Shown here one piece after another: positions 1 through 13,085 of a stretch of 64,000 nucleotides of DNA. Made by a program: the position numbers and the translations under genes. The first letter of the stretch is position 1. Each line of letters opens with the position of its first letter. The notes under the pieces are model-generated. The model was not told where the DNA came from and did no database searches. It saw only the letters and a program-made list of their open reading frames with translations. Where the stretch lies: assembly GCF_009914755.1 (NCBI RefSeq), contig NC_060932.1. One strand, given 5' to 3'. The DNA comes from the human T2T-CHM13v2.0 reference genome, Homo sapiens.

Positions 1-559
1 TCAAGTCCCTGATTATATACTTGGTTCCTGATTATATAGTTAAAAACCAAGCAATTATTTCCCAGTGAGTATTAAGATCATCGATATATAAACTGGGGAT
101 TTTAATCATTAGCTAAATAAACTGGGTTTTAAATCCTAGGCACTGTGAAGGTTTACACAAAGCCTGTATGTAATTTACCAAAGTCATTTTAATGCCAGAA
201 CAGCTTAGATTTCAAATAGGGGGCACCTAGCAAGAGCCCTTCAAGTCTTATCCTTCTGCTTGATCAAAAAGTAAAGACAAAACCATCCTGTGATTGTTTT
301 TCTCAAAAAGTTGCAAATCCAATAACCATTTTCTTTGACTTAATATCATCATCTTTCAGAATTATAACCTAAAAAAACCACAGAGGATGTAGGCCTACCC
401 CTGCACTTGGGATTTCCTAGGTCTTTAAATTTGTCACATAAGAATCAGCCTGTGGTCCAGTCTGCTTTTCCTGGGCCCCAAAACCTTTATTACAGCTGTC
501 CAGTTATTTGTAATAGACCTGCAAATGTTCAGTAGCGATGTGGGTTGTTTTTGCATGGA

Positions 560-1070
560 CAGTATCCCTTCCCATTTCTTGTAATACTAACATGTCAATT
601 GTCACGGGAGACCACACTCCCCCATTCCCAGTCCATGTGCTTCAATGCATGTGTGGGGAGTGGAAGGAGATTTAACCCCTTCCCAGGGATGGACAATGAC
701 CCAGGCCTGACCAATCAGCTTGCCTGCCATGTTTGGTTGAACAATAGGCATGAAACCAATTCAGGGCAATGAGAATCAAACCTGGGAACTTTGCAGTAAC
801 TATGGGGAAAGAGAAGCTCTCTGCTGGGATTGTTCAGCGAACAGATAAGCCTGGAGCTTCTGATGGTATCTCGATATAATGTAGAGAGGACGTGCCTGAG
901 GATAAAATCAATCCAGAGGAACACAGAGCCAAGAGATAGATTTCTGATAATATTGCTTGAGACCTTGATACGGGCCAGCCTTTGCCTTTACAATCACATG
1001 AACCAATTAATTTGATTTTTTTTCTAAGCCGCTTTGAATCAGGTTTCTATCATTTGTAACCTAAAGAGAT
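560..1070 (+). mobile_element. Old MaLR LTR (MLT1K/L-like)
   Basis: Motifs tgacccaggcctgaccaatcag, agcctggagcttctg, agagccaagagatag and terminal taagccgctttgaatcaggtttctatcatttgtaacc resemble old MLT1 LTRs. Family by recognition only. Confidence 0.55.
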
Positions 1071-1624
1071 ACAGACTGTATAGCTATAGATACATACAGA
1101 TTCTTTTAAGTTGAAACTTTGTAAAGATAACAAAAAATGTTTATCACAGTATAAAATGAGTTTGTACCAGAGATGTTAATTTCCTGCTATGAACCACTTC
1201 CCATTCCAGTGTGCACTGCCTTTCCCACAATCCCCTGCTCAGGGAAATGGCCACCAATGAAACTAAGATAAACAGCAACACAAAGGCAGGTAATTATTTT
1301 GCTGCCCGGGCTCCAACAGCTTGTGTTGCCTTTCTCAGTGAGCTGGACTAATAGGAATCTCTTGCTTATAGATTTATGCCAGGACATGCTGAGGGAAATT
1401 GAAGTCTCATGGTACAGACTTATGGGTTTGGTTGACCCTTCAGGGGCCATACGTAAGATAAAGAAACAAGATAGGACAGAAGAAGAGGGGCTAATTGAGC
1501 AGAGACCACATGACCTCTGAGAAAGAAAATGGCTCCATTCCCGATTTTCCAGTCCCTTGTTTTGAACCCCATGAGGCCCAGCTGTACTTTGATTCACTGT
1601 CATGGAATCTATTCCAGGAACAGG

Positions 1625-1855
1625 TCTAGAATAGTGGTTAGAAATCATGGCTCCAGAGTGACCTGCTGGGTGCGACTCCTGACTCCCACTTCGCACACAC
1701 CTGCCTTAGAGAACATCCTCTATGCCTGCTCCTCCATAGTAAAATGGGAATAATAACACACTACCTCCCAGGATGGGCGAGAAGATTCCGTGAGATAATA
1801 TACTCGGAACAGTGTCTGGCACATAGTGAGGTCTGAATCAATGAGAGTAGTAGTC
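1625..1855 (+). mobile_element. MIR SINE
   Basis: tagtggttaga... core gtaaaatgggaataataac...acctcccaggatgg and 3' end gaacagtgtctggcacatagtgagg. Confidence 0.75.
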
Positions 1856-1904
1856 ATTGCTACAAGAACCTCCGTTACTCAAATTAGTTTGAGTGACATC
1901 CTAG

Positions 1905-2262
<358 letters not shown>

Positions 2263-2312
2263 TAAGTATAAATATATTTTTACACAGTACGTGTAAAACT
2301 ATTAGCATATAG

Positions 2313-2358
<46 letters not shown>

Positions 2359-2362
2359 TATA
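2313..2362. repeat. (TA)n(CA)n microsatellite
   Basis: Directly visible. Confidence 0.95.
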
Positions 2363-3047
2363 CTACAGCTGTGCGTAGCACAGGAAAGTGTCTCAGATGT
2401 GTGGACACATCCCTGTTCTCATCCTTATCCTGCAGCGTGCCCTGATCCTCTAGGGTCCTGCACTGAACCTTCAGGGCTGGTTAATTTCATATACAAGGGC
2501 TGACATGACAGCCTCTAAGAGTTCTCTCTTTGTCTGCAACTGCTGGAAGCTTGGCCTCCTCTTAAATTGCAGTCTATAGCTCTAGCTATTTCTGCAGCTT
2601 CTTGTTCTTGTAGGGGAGGTGTCCTGTGTGTAATGCATGCACTCTGCAAAAAAATGCAGAGGTTGTGGAATTAGGAGAGTTTCTATAGACCATTCTGTCT
2701 TTCGGTATGTAGACAACAGCTAAGCCCAATCCATAAGCTTTCTTTCATTACTCAAACCACTCTCCTATGACACTTCCTGTGTCAAGTGGGCCCACCCCTT
2801 CTGAGGTTGGAAAGAAAATTCACCTGAGGCTGGAGGGTTTTGATTCTTCTACTGCTTTGTCCCCTTCTGTGAAAACCACATAAGTAAGTTCACAGACTTT
2901 GTCCCTTTCCAAGTAAGTACTATTTAATCATTCTGAACTGCTGATGTATGCTTTCCAGCCCTTAAAAAAAAAACTGATTTTACTAAAGATGATATAAATC
3001 AACTTGCAAAGAAACTTTTTAATTTAAAAAATTATTTATCTACAGCC

Positions 3048-3055
3048 TATATATG

Positions 3056-3106
<51 letters not shown>
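3048..3106. repeat. (TA)n microsatellite
   Basis: Directly visible. Confidence 0.95.
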
Positions 3107-3107
<1 letters not shown>

Positions 3108-4534
3108 GAAATATTCTTCAAATCTGTTCCCCAAAATGCATTATGAATAAGAGGCACACGAGAGTCCTAAAAAGGAACAAATTTGGATTTCTTAAGGAAA
3201 AAAGTAAGAGTCTTTAACAATGGCCCTGATACATTTTGTTTGGCATTCTTTTCTAAAAGGCAATAATCAAGGAATTAAATCTATATTCCTCAAGGCCTTT
3301 CCCCCACCCTTCTGGTAAAATCAAGGTATGAACTTTTTAGTATAATTGCTACTCTAAAAATCAGAGAACTAAAGTATTCTTACAGCTACAGAAGAGGGCT
3401 AAGGAAAGAAGGGCTGAGCTCATTCAGCACACTACCAAGTCCCAAGTAAAGGGACATTCTCATGTGGGAATAAGCCAATTTTTGACTTTAGAGACAGTCC
3501 CTTGAGTTACAAGCTGATCGTGTCCTAAGTTTCTTTCTAACCTGAAATGTTCAGAATTTAGAATGTATTCTCCTCTAACAGCAACATTGTAAGCACTGAC
3601 TTATGTCACCCTAAAGAAAGCATTCCTGAGAAGTCACATAGTTTTGTCTTGAGGGTCCTGCCACAACTTGTGTCCTTCTTTTATGGAAATGCATTTAGAG
3701 TTCCAAATAAGACATAGCGTCTCAGTGCCTCTGACCCTACAGGACTGTCACCAATGCCAAGACGCCAGTGGTGGCCAAGGCCTGTGTCCTTCCCCTCACC
3801 CCACCCACACTGACCTGCAGAGGGAAATCTCAAAGGGCAAGAGTAGGGGCAGGAGGGGCCCTTCCTGCCCCTGCTCCTGGTCCCCACTTGGCCGCCAGCA
3901 GAGAAGGCAAAAAGCAGGAACTAGAGGCCAGCAAGGTACAGGATGGGGGAGGGAAGGAGACTTGGCTGAGACTTGGGCAGGCCAGCTCCCCCGCCTCAGC
4001 TGGGGACTGCCTGTGCTCTTAGCTTTCATTTCCACTGTGGGTTGCTAAGTGCTATACATAATGCAAAAGTAAATAGTTACACAGCACAGTTTGGCATACA
4101 CAAAAACACACATCAATCAGCCAAGGGGGGAAAAATACTCTCAAAGTTTCTAGGTTTATTTTTAGATCCTGGTTGACCAGTCGAGTAACCTAAATGCCCA
4201 AAGGAAGAGAAGTTGGGGCTGAAAAGTGTAGTTATTTAGAAACAGAGGACACTGACACTGAAGATCTCTAAGACCATTTGAGCTTATCAAATATGCATCG
4301 GTCAAGTCCTCAGGTGTTTTAAATGCCTCACAGTAGTTCTCTGAATAGGAAACAGCACGCAATGCACTCGTGAGACTTGCTGGACAGAAAACATCCTCCG
4401 TCATTGCAACCAAGGCAGCCGAGTAGATGCAACACAAAATATTGATATCCTTTTGTAAAAGTCTAAGGACGATAGCAGGAGCTACAACAATACTAAAGTA
4501 ATTAGTAAATTCTTCAAGGAGAGGAAAAGTGTTT

Positions 4535-4612
4535 TTTTCACCTTGTATTTCCCACATCTGACATAGTGCCTTGGACAGAGCAGGTTCACAATAAATGTTT
4601 GTTAAATAGGAA
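4535..4612 (+). mobile_element. L2 3'-end fragment
   Basis: acatagtgccttggacagagcaggttcacaataaatgtttgttaaat matches the L2 terminus pattern. Confidence 0.55.
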
Positions 4613-5651
4613 TAATAATAATAATGCTCCTGGAAGAGCTCCCTTTTTAAGATTCTACTTATAGTGATCAAAGTAGCTAACCAAGATTACAGTTTCAAAC
4701 ACAGATTTATCACTAAGAAAGGGAATCAGAAGGACGACCAGAAAAACAGACAGAATTACATAATATAATGAACTATCGGATTGGAAAGCAGGAATAACCA
4801 TGCGTGAATCATTGAGATTGGCTCAGCCTCGTCCCCTGTAAAATGAGATCGTATCTGTGGCCCTCCTACCTCACAGCAATGCAGGAGTGATGAAAATGTG
4901 AAATCGTTAGCAGAAGCACTCTGAGCTTCTCAGACCGCACACTCCCATGGCATCCTGATATTCAAGTTCAAGGCAAAGATCTGGGGCCTGAGAAATCAGG
5001 TTATTCTCAGTGTAACTACCTAATTCCAGGTAAATGCAAATTCTTCCCTCCCTTAGAAAAATACTCTCCTGATTATTTGGTTTATTAGCTATAAACCACT
5101 AGTTTATAGCTGAAAAAAATGTACACATAAAAGGTATAACTTGCTTTATGGAAATGAAAGGTTTTTTTTTTTTAAGCCTAATTCTATAAAGGGTGATGGG
5201 ACAATTCATCAGTAAGTTAAAGGAGAAAAGCAATCAGTTTGGCCCCTTATTTCCTCCTCATCCTACACAAAAATAAATTATAGTTGGATTAAATAATGAT
5301 TTTTTTGAAAGTTAAGAATTTTTTAAAACCAGCAGACAGCAAAGCTGAGTAGCAAACCCTGTCAAAGTGCAGAGCAGGCTGTCCCATCAGTGGAATAAAT
5401 TTCAGGGAAACATTTGCCCACTCGCCAGTGTCAAACTATGTCAAATGGGCAAGTGATATACTAATATTTGGGGAAATATTTGTAACAAATGTGCCAAAGA
5501 CATTTTATTATGATAAAGATCTTATGTCCACAATATATATTTTAAGCAAAAAATAAAGCAAGTTACAGAATAATATGTATACTATGACTCATAATATCAA
5601 GCCCCCTTTGTATCTTTGAAATGAAGTGTATTTGTGTGCACACATAAATAC

Positions 5652-7002
5652 AAGATACTATAAAGTAAAATAAAATATGCACAATATAGAAAATTAGAAA
5701 GAAGAAAGAATCACTCTTATTTCAAACATTCAAAGGCATCCTGGAGTATTTATTATCATTACTTAATATAGAGTTTTTTTCTTAGTTATGTAGTCATATT
5801 TATCAATTTTCTAAATTATTTTTTCACTTAACCCTACGTCCCAAACATTTTATCTTTTATTCTGCAATCTTTGTAGACAATGTTTTATTGCATATATAAT
5901 ATTTCATCTGAATTACACCCAGATCTTGTAAAGGTCTCCTTGTGGAGAAAGGTAGGGAAACACCCAGACCTTTAACACTGGCTCCCTGGAAGAGGAAACG
6001 AGCCATCAGAGCTTTTTCTTTGTGGATCTTTGTCCTGAATTGTTTCTCTTGTTATCACAACCATATATTACTTTTAAAATTTGAAGGAAAATTTTTTTCA
6101 TTTTAACTGATATGAAAAACATCAAATGGTAAAGAACATGTAACTGAAAATTAGGAAGAGAAGAAATGCAACTAGTATATAATAATATAAAAAAGAAATG
6201 TTCAGCCTCACTAGTCATCAAAGAAATACAAATGAAAAGAAAGTATTTTGGATTGCTTAGGACAGTCCCTATTTCTGCCTGTCGTTTTGCTGTAATTATT
6301 AGAAAGCACTCCACTTTCACTCTCAAAACTGTCCTGATGTGAACAATAAATTATATAGTCACCCTAGATTTAGCCAAGAAATATTTCTTGGCCAGTTATG
6401 ATGTGCTACCTACTAGGCTGGGCACTTAGATTAGTTAGTGAAAGTATTTTGAAGTGATGATGGTCAATGCATGGTAAAAGAAGATGAAATCGACACAGTC
6501 TCACAACATGAATTGCTCTAACCCATTCGGAAAAGTAAATTGGCTTTTGCTAAAAATGTGTTAAGACTTTTTAAATGTTCAAACCTTCAATCTATTAAAT
6601 TCACTAAAACTATATCCTAGGATATAATGTTAAAAGGAGAAAAAGGTTATCGTACAGAAATAATAATAGCAAAAAATGTATAATAAAATGTTGACCAAAT
6701 GACCAAAAATAGAATGACTAAGTAAACTGAGGTATAATCCATTCAATGAAATATTACATATGCAATAAAACATTGTCTACAAAGATTGCAGAATAAAAGA
6801 TAAAATGTTTGGGACGTATGGTTAAATGAAAAAAATAATTTAAAAAATAGATAAATATGACTACATAACTAAGAAAAAAACTCTATATTAAGTAATGATA
6901 ATAAATACTCCAGGATGCCTTTGAATATTTGGAACAAGAGTGATTCTTTCTTCTTTCTAATTTTCTATATTGTGCATATTTTATTTTATTTTATAATATC
7001 TT
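5652..7002. repeat. Long inverted repeat: arms 5652-5907 and 6746-7002, 838-bp spacer
   Basis: Hand alignment of arm 1 reverse complement against arm 2 gives 10 substitutions and 1 indel in ~256 bp. Confidence 0.95.
6251..6366 (-). mobile_element. MER94-like hAT DNA transposon (copy within duplicated segment)
   Basis: ggacagtccc...tttcactctcaaaa.tgtcc...gaacaataaattatatagtcacccta matches the MER94 pattern and terminal repeat. Confidence 0.7.
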
Positions 7003-7272
7003 ACTTTGATAATTGTGAGGACAATGATACAGAGGGAACAGCACCAAAGGTCCAGGGAACATATTCTTTAAATGTCTTCCTGTTGCTTTCCCAAGAAACT
7101 TCAGAGGCTAGAATGGACTTCTGGTTCTCACTGCTTGTCCTTTGGCCTGGCATGGAAATGGTCATCATGGCTTCCAAAGGGTGAGGCGGTGGGAACTCAA
7201 CATCACTGACTTCCCACATCCCCAGCCTCCACTTCCAACAACTGAGAAAATTTAGATCATATGTCTAAAGAG

Positions 7273-7273
<1 letters not shown>

Positions 7274-7309
<36 letters not shown>
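7274..7309. repeat. (TG)n microsatellite
   Basis: Directly visible. Confidence 0.95.
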
Positions 7310-7310
<1 letters not shown>

Positions 7311-8059
7311 TGTGCACATGTGTGTCTGAGTGTTGCTTCCTCTCTCCTTCCCCTATCCTCAAGGGCAGCAAGACAAACTCCAGAGCAATGGTGCAGCAAT
7401 CTGCCTTTAAAAATACAATAACAACGCAAAAGAGTGAGAGCCAAAGGAACCCCAGCCAGAGCAACACCCCAATATTAAAAAGTTTTAAATAACAACACGT
7501 TAAAGTCCATCTCTCCTCTCAAACTTGCCATATAATCCAAATTACTCATCTCGGATCTCTAACTGCAGTATTTAAGGCCCTATCTCAAATATTGGAATTA
7601 GGCTAAATATCTCCCCTCCAAGCACATGCAACAGTCAAATAAATGTTCAAAATCTCTTACATAACACTACAGTTATGTATCACACATAAATGATACATAC
7701 ATCTTCACAAAAATCTTTACGTAAAAATAGGGGAAGAAAAGACCCCAAATATTAACTCTGGCTGCCTTTGAACATTTGAATTATGGGTGATAACACTACA
7801 GTTATGTGCCTAAAACTGCTAGGGTAAATTAGAACTTTTTAATTTCAATATTACTATAAACACACCCAAGGATGTTCACCACTGAAAGAAATTCTTTGAA
7901 ATGTTTATAAAAACAAAAACATTTTAGTAAAGAAAATAATGATCTCCCTAATTTATCTCTTTAGGAAATTCAAATATTTGTGATACCTTGTATGAGATTA
8001 TTTTCTGAAAGGTAGGGTGCACCTGTACCTCTGGTATTAAGAACAGCAGCATCAGCACT

Positions 8060-8255
8060 TCTATTGGTGAGATGCTGCATCTTCTCCTTGCATGTGTTAT
8101 TCTACTTAACCCTCTCAACCCTCACAGTAACCCCATAAGGCAGGTACTATTATTGCTTCCGTTGTCACCTGAAGATACAAGCTCCAGGGGCCTCACAGCT
8201 AATAAGTGGCAATACTAAGACCAAAACCGGATTAATCCAGCTCCAGAAGGGATGT
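8060..8255 (-). mobile_element. MIR SINE
   Basis: cctcacagtaaccccataaggcaggtactattattg...cacagctaataagtggc. Confidence 0.65.
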
Positions 8256-8491
8256 GCTTTTTCCAGCAGAGAACAACAGATTGCCTCCACATTCTTTTTT
8301 TATACCAAAAATATCCCTTGCCTAAGCTTGTTTTAGACAAACTGTGATAAAAAAAAAAATTGTTATCAACTAACCAAACAAATTGGCTATCAATACACAT
8401 TTAGCTATTGTGAATGAAGAAGATACTGAATGACTACATCAGTTTTCAAAAAAGTTATCCAGTCCCCAAATTAGAACTACAGGAAGGAAGC

Positions 8492-8919
8492 TGCTATAGT
8501 TTAAATAAGGTTGTTTGTCTCCACCAAATCTTATGTTGAAATCTGATCCCCATTGTTGGAGGTGGGACTTAATGGAAGGTGCTTGGGTCGTGGGGGTGGG
8601 TGCCTCATGAATAGATTAATGCCCTCCCTGGGTGGAGGAGGGAGGTAAGTGAGTTCTCACTCTATTAGTTCAGTGGAGAGCTGATTATTAAGAGCCTGGC
8701 ACCTCCCCCTCCCCTTGCTTCCTCTCTGGCCATGTGATCTCTGCACGTGCCAGCTCCTCTTCACTTTCCATCATGAATGGAAGCAGCCTGAGGCTCTCAC
8801 CAGATGCCCAATCTTGAATTTTTACAGACATCAGAATTATAAGCCAAATAAACCTTTTTTCTTTATAAATTACCCAGTCTCACTTATTCCATTATAGCAA
8901 CGCAAAATGGACCAAGACA
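8492..8919 (+). mobile_element. MST-family (MSTB-like) MaLR solo LTR
   Basis: TG...CA termini (tgctatagttt ... gaccaagaca), aataaa polyA region and perfect 5-bp TSD GAAGC at 8487-8491 and 8920-8924. Confidence 0.88.
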
Positions 8920-9499
8920 GAAGCTATGAATGCCCTTCAAACAATGGAAACAGAAAAAAATAAACCAATTAAGTGGTCTAGGAGAGAAAAGGAAAGGTAT
9001 AGACAGACCTAAAAATAGTTTCCACCTTATCTCTGTTTCAGTAATAGCAGATTAGCACATATTCTCTTGGAAATGTCACCCAGGCAACCAGAAATACAAA
9101 GACAAAGATGTTCCAAAAAACACATGTATATAAATCTATTTTTGCCATCTTTAAGCATAAATGATCACTATAGCAAGAAAGACAATAATTAGGAGATTAT
9201 CTTTTTTAAAAGCAGGCACAGAAGAAAGTTTATAAATAGGTACCTAGTGTAAAGCAGGGTAACAAAGTGTAAAAGTAGGTCTCTATCTGATAAGAGGCCC
9301 TGGCCCATTGCCTCAAATTCAGGCCAAGAATCTATTAGAAGTGTTAAACATATTTTTGCCTATGTTTTTCAAATCTCATGTTTTTATTTCATAAACCAAA
9401 GGCAGACGAATACAAAATATGGTAGGCCGGCAAATTTTAAAAATGTATTTTGAAAACTGCCTTAAGTCCCACTTAAGTAGAATAACTATGTTTCTTTAC

Positions 9500-9620
9500 C
9501 TGGATTGCCTAGGACAGTCCCCATTTGTGCCTGCTGTTTTGCTGTAATTACTGGAAAGTCCTCCCCTTTCACTCTCAAAAATGTCCCAATGTGAACAATA
9601 AATTATGTAGTCGTCTTATA
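9500..9620 (-). mobile_element. MER94-like hAT DNA transposon
   Basis: Same motif set as 6251-6366. Confidence 0.7.
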
Positions 9621-9884
9621 TTTAGCCAAGAAACATTTCTTGGCCAGTTATGATGTGCTACCTACTGGGTTGGGCACTTATATTAGTTTTTTAAAAGGTA
9701 TGTAAGATAAGAACAATTTCAGAACAATCTACTTGAAAAGACAGAAATAGCACCCCAAACAACCGTGAATCAGTGAAAACTTGATAATCATTGGTGTAGT
9801 CTAGGCTGTCAGTGCCTTAGTTCAGATCAGAGAAGAGTAGCGAGTGTATCCCCTCAAGGGGGTCACTCCGTAGAACTAATGCTA

Positions 9885-10085
9885 AAAGCAGCAATGCTTC
9901 TCGAGCACTTCCTGTGTGCCAGGCACTATGACAAGCATGATGCCCACGTGATCTCGCTTCATGCTCAAAACAGCCCTGTAAGTGAAGGGCTGTCATTCGC
10001 TCATTTTATGGATGAGATGACTTCCCCAAAGTCAGGCCAGAGAATTCAAATGTCTAGCTCTCAAACATACGTTCTCCACCACTGT
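9885..10085 (-). mobile_element. MIR SINE
   Basis: gagcacttcctgtgtgccaggcactatgacaagc...cattttatggatgaga. Confidence 0.7.
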
Positions 10086-10289
10086 AGATGTGGAGGTACT
10101 GCCTTCTGATCACCCATCCCTACCAGGAGCTGGCCCAGCAGAGTCACGTGTTATCACAGCCATCAGCTTCTCTCTTTCTGCCCTGCAGCAGAGCAAGCTG
10201 TGGCCAAACTCTGTCCAAGGGTTACCAAATCAGTTAAAGCCCAACCAGAAAACTAAAGAGGCTGCTCTTGAATCCTACAGAGGAGTCCT

Positions 10290-10710
10290 ACTGAAGAGGC
10301 TATTGAGAAGAAAGTCATACAGGGGTTCAGGAAAGCAATGAAGGATGATGCAGGACTCTAAGGCTAGTAATAGCAGGAAGCCATGACCACCCTAGGCCTG
10401 AAGGCATGAGGGGAGGAAGTGGCTGAAGGAACCCAAAGAGGGTGGCGATATGGAGAGGATAGCTGCAGGCGCTGTGGTCTTTAGCACACACACACCAAGC
10501 TGCAGCTTGCAACCCAGTGGAGGGACAGGGGAATAAATACCCTACCTCACTCTCCTCCCACCCTCCCGTCTCCTGCTGATTTCTGGCCAAATTATACCAG
10601 AAGTCAGAAGAAAAGATGGCCATTGACGCCAGTGGTAAAGATCACCTCTTGGGGCACAGAGCCAGGTGGAGAAGGGAGCCAGGGATGTGGAAGGGCCAAC
10701 AGGAGATATC
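10290..10710 (-). mobile_element. Old ERVL-class LTR fragment (LTR33-like)
   Basis: Motifs ggctagtaatagcaggaagcc, ccctaggcctgaagg, ctcctcccaccctcccgtctcctgctg. Family uncertain. Confidence 0.45.
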
Positions 10711-10842
10711 CAGGCCTCTTACTGCCCTTGCCCTACAGAAGAGCTGTGCTCCAACCAAGGCAGAGGAAACTGGCCTGGTCACTCTTTGGGAGTTAAGGTG
10801 CCAGGTAGGTAAAAGGACACCATCCTCAGCATATGCACAAAG

Positions 10843-11019
10843 CCAGGGCCAGTTTCATGAGCATGTGACCTGTGCCATCACACAGGCCCCATACTCAGCA
10901 GGGCCCCATGCTGGCATTAATCCTCCACTAGCACCATCTTCAAATTCTTAATTTTTTTAAACAAAGTTCCCACACTTTCATTTTGTTGTGAGCCCCACAA
11001 ACTGTGTAGTTGGTCCCCT
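10843..11019. mobile_element. MER91A-like hAT MITE
   Basis: Termini cagggccagtttc...gtagttggtcccctg, with internal tgtgacctgtgc..cacacaggcccc. Confidence 0.6.
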
Positions 11020-11941
11020 GCAAGGCAAACCTTTTCTTCAGGTAGTGAGACTAAATTCTGTAAGTATCACAGTATTCCGATACACTGTTAAAGCAAAAGG
11101 ATCCAAAGTTAATATTAACCAGAGTAACAATGATACAGTAGGATAGGTAAGATGGTAACATGAAGGGGCACTTTACCTTTTTTTCTTTCCTTCCTCTCTT
11201 TTAAAGTCAAACTGTAAAGCAGCTGAGAAACCAAAATTAGCTGCCCCCTAGAGAGAAACTGACCTTAATTACACCTGCTACTCCATAGCACAGACTGAAT
11301 GGATTTTGGCTCTTCCCCAGTTAATGCGATCAATGCAGACAATAAAACAGAATAATTGATGCCCTGGAGTGGACTTTTCTGATACACCTCATTTGATGGA
11401 CTACAGTCATCGAATTCTCCAGGCCATTGCCAAAGCTACTCTTTACCTTGCCTTATGTGCCCGATGTACACAGGCCCTACTTTGGGGCTCACTGTTGAAA
11501 ATACATAAATAAAAGACGTGCGGATGGGTCAATGGCATTCACAAACAATATTTGTAGTGGATGCTTCCTGAAGCATGGGCTTAGAAACTTGAGTCTCTGC
11601 TGCTTCTGCTTCCCTTTCCTGAAAGACTCCAGCATCCTTAGCCTTCCTCTGAGAAATTATATTTCTAAAAGCATCTGGGAAAGCCCCAGGTGAGAAGCCT
11701 GAACAGGACCAGTGGCAGCTCTTTTTCCCATTCATTTCCTTCAATGCCATCCAGCAAAGCAAAGCCCAGAAAACGTTTAGCTGAGACAGGGATCAAACTG
11801 GCTTCTGACAGCCTCTTTCACACCCCTTTATTTCAGAAGTAAAGGACGGTAGATTTTAAGTGTTTGTTTATTTTGTTGTTTAAAGTTAGAATAAAGTTGC
11901 AAATGATCAAATCAAAAGCATTTAGAAAACCTCTACTGTGT

Positions 11942-12157
11942 CAGAAGGGGAACATCACACACCGGGGCCTGTCGTAGGGTGGGGGGAGGCGGGAGGGATA
12001 GCATTAGGAGATATACCTAATGTAAATGATGAGTTAATGGGTGCAGCACAGCAACATGGCACATGTATACATATGTAACAAACCTGCACGTTGTGCACAT
12101 GTACCCTAGAACTTAAAGTATAATAAACAAAAACAAAAACAAAAACAAACAAAAACA
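11942..12157 (+). mobile_element. 5'-truncated L1PA (L1PA4/5-like) 3'UTR
   Basis: L1 3' end ...gtaccctagaacttaaagtataataa, (CAAAAA)n tail and 16-bp TSD aaaacctctactgtgt at 11926-11941 and 12158-12173. Confidence 0.93.
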
Positions 12158-12270
12158 AAAACCTCTACTGTGTGTCAAGGAACCTAGAATCCAGACAGTA
12201 AATCAAATCTAGGGGCACCGTAACAGAGTCAGAGAATCCATAGTTGCCGTGTATCCTAACTACTGAGCTC

Positions 12271-13085
<815 letters not shown>

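Larger units (their letters stand above)
5160..7005. mobile_element. Fragmented ancient L1M (L1ME-like) relics
   Basis: Degenerate ORF2 3' motifs (cctacacaaaaataaatt..ggattaaa; atgttcagcctcactagtcatcaaagaaatacaaat) and 3'UTR-like AT-rich sequence. Confidence 0.5.

Noticed and set aside
4162-4671. 169-aa minus-strand ORF (and the 169-aa ORF at 1187-1696)
   Set aside because: Non-ATG starts, overlap with L2/MIR/LTR relics, no recognisable protein similarity and no clear splice-site pair.
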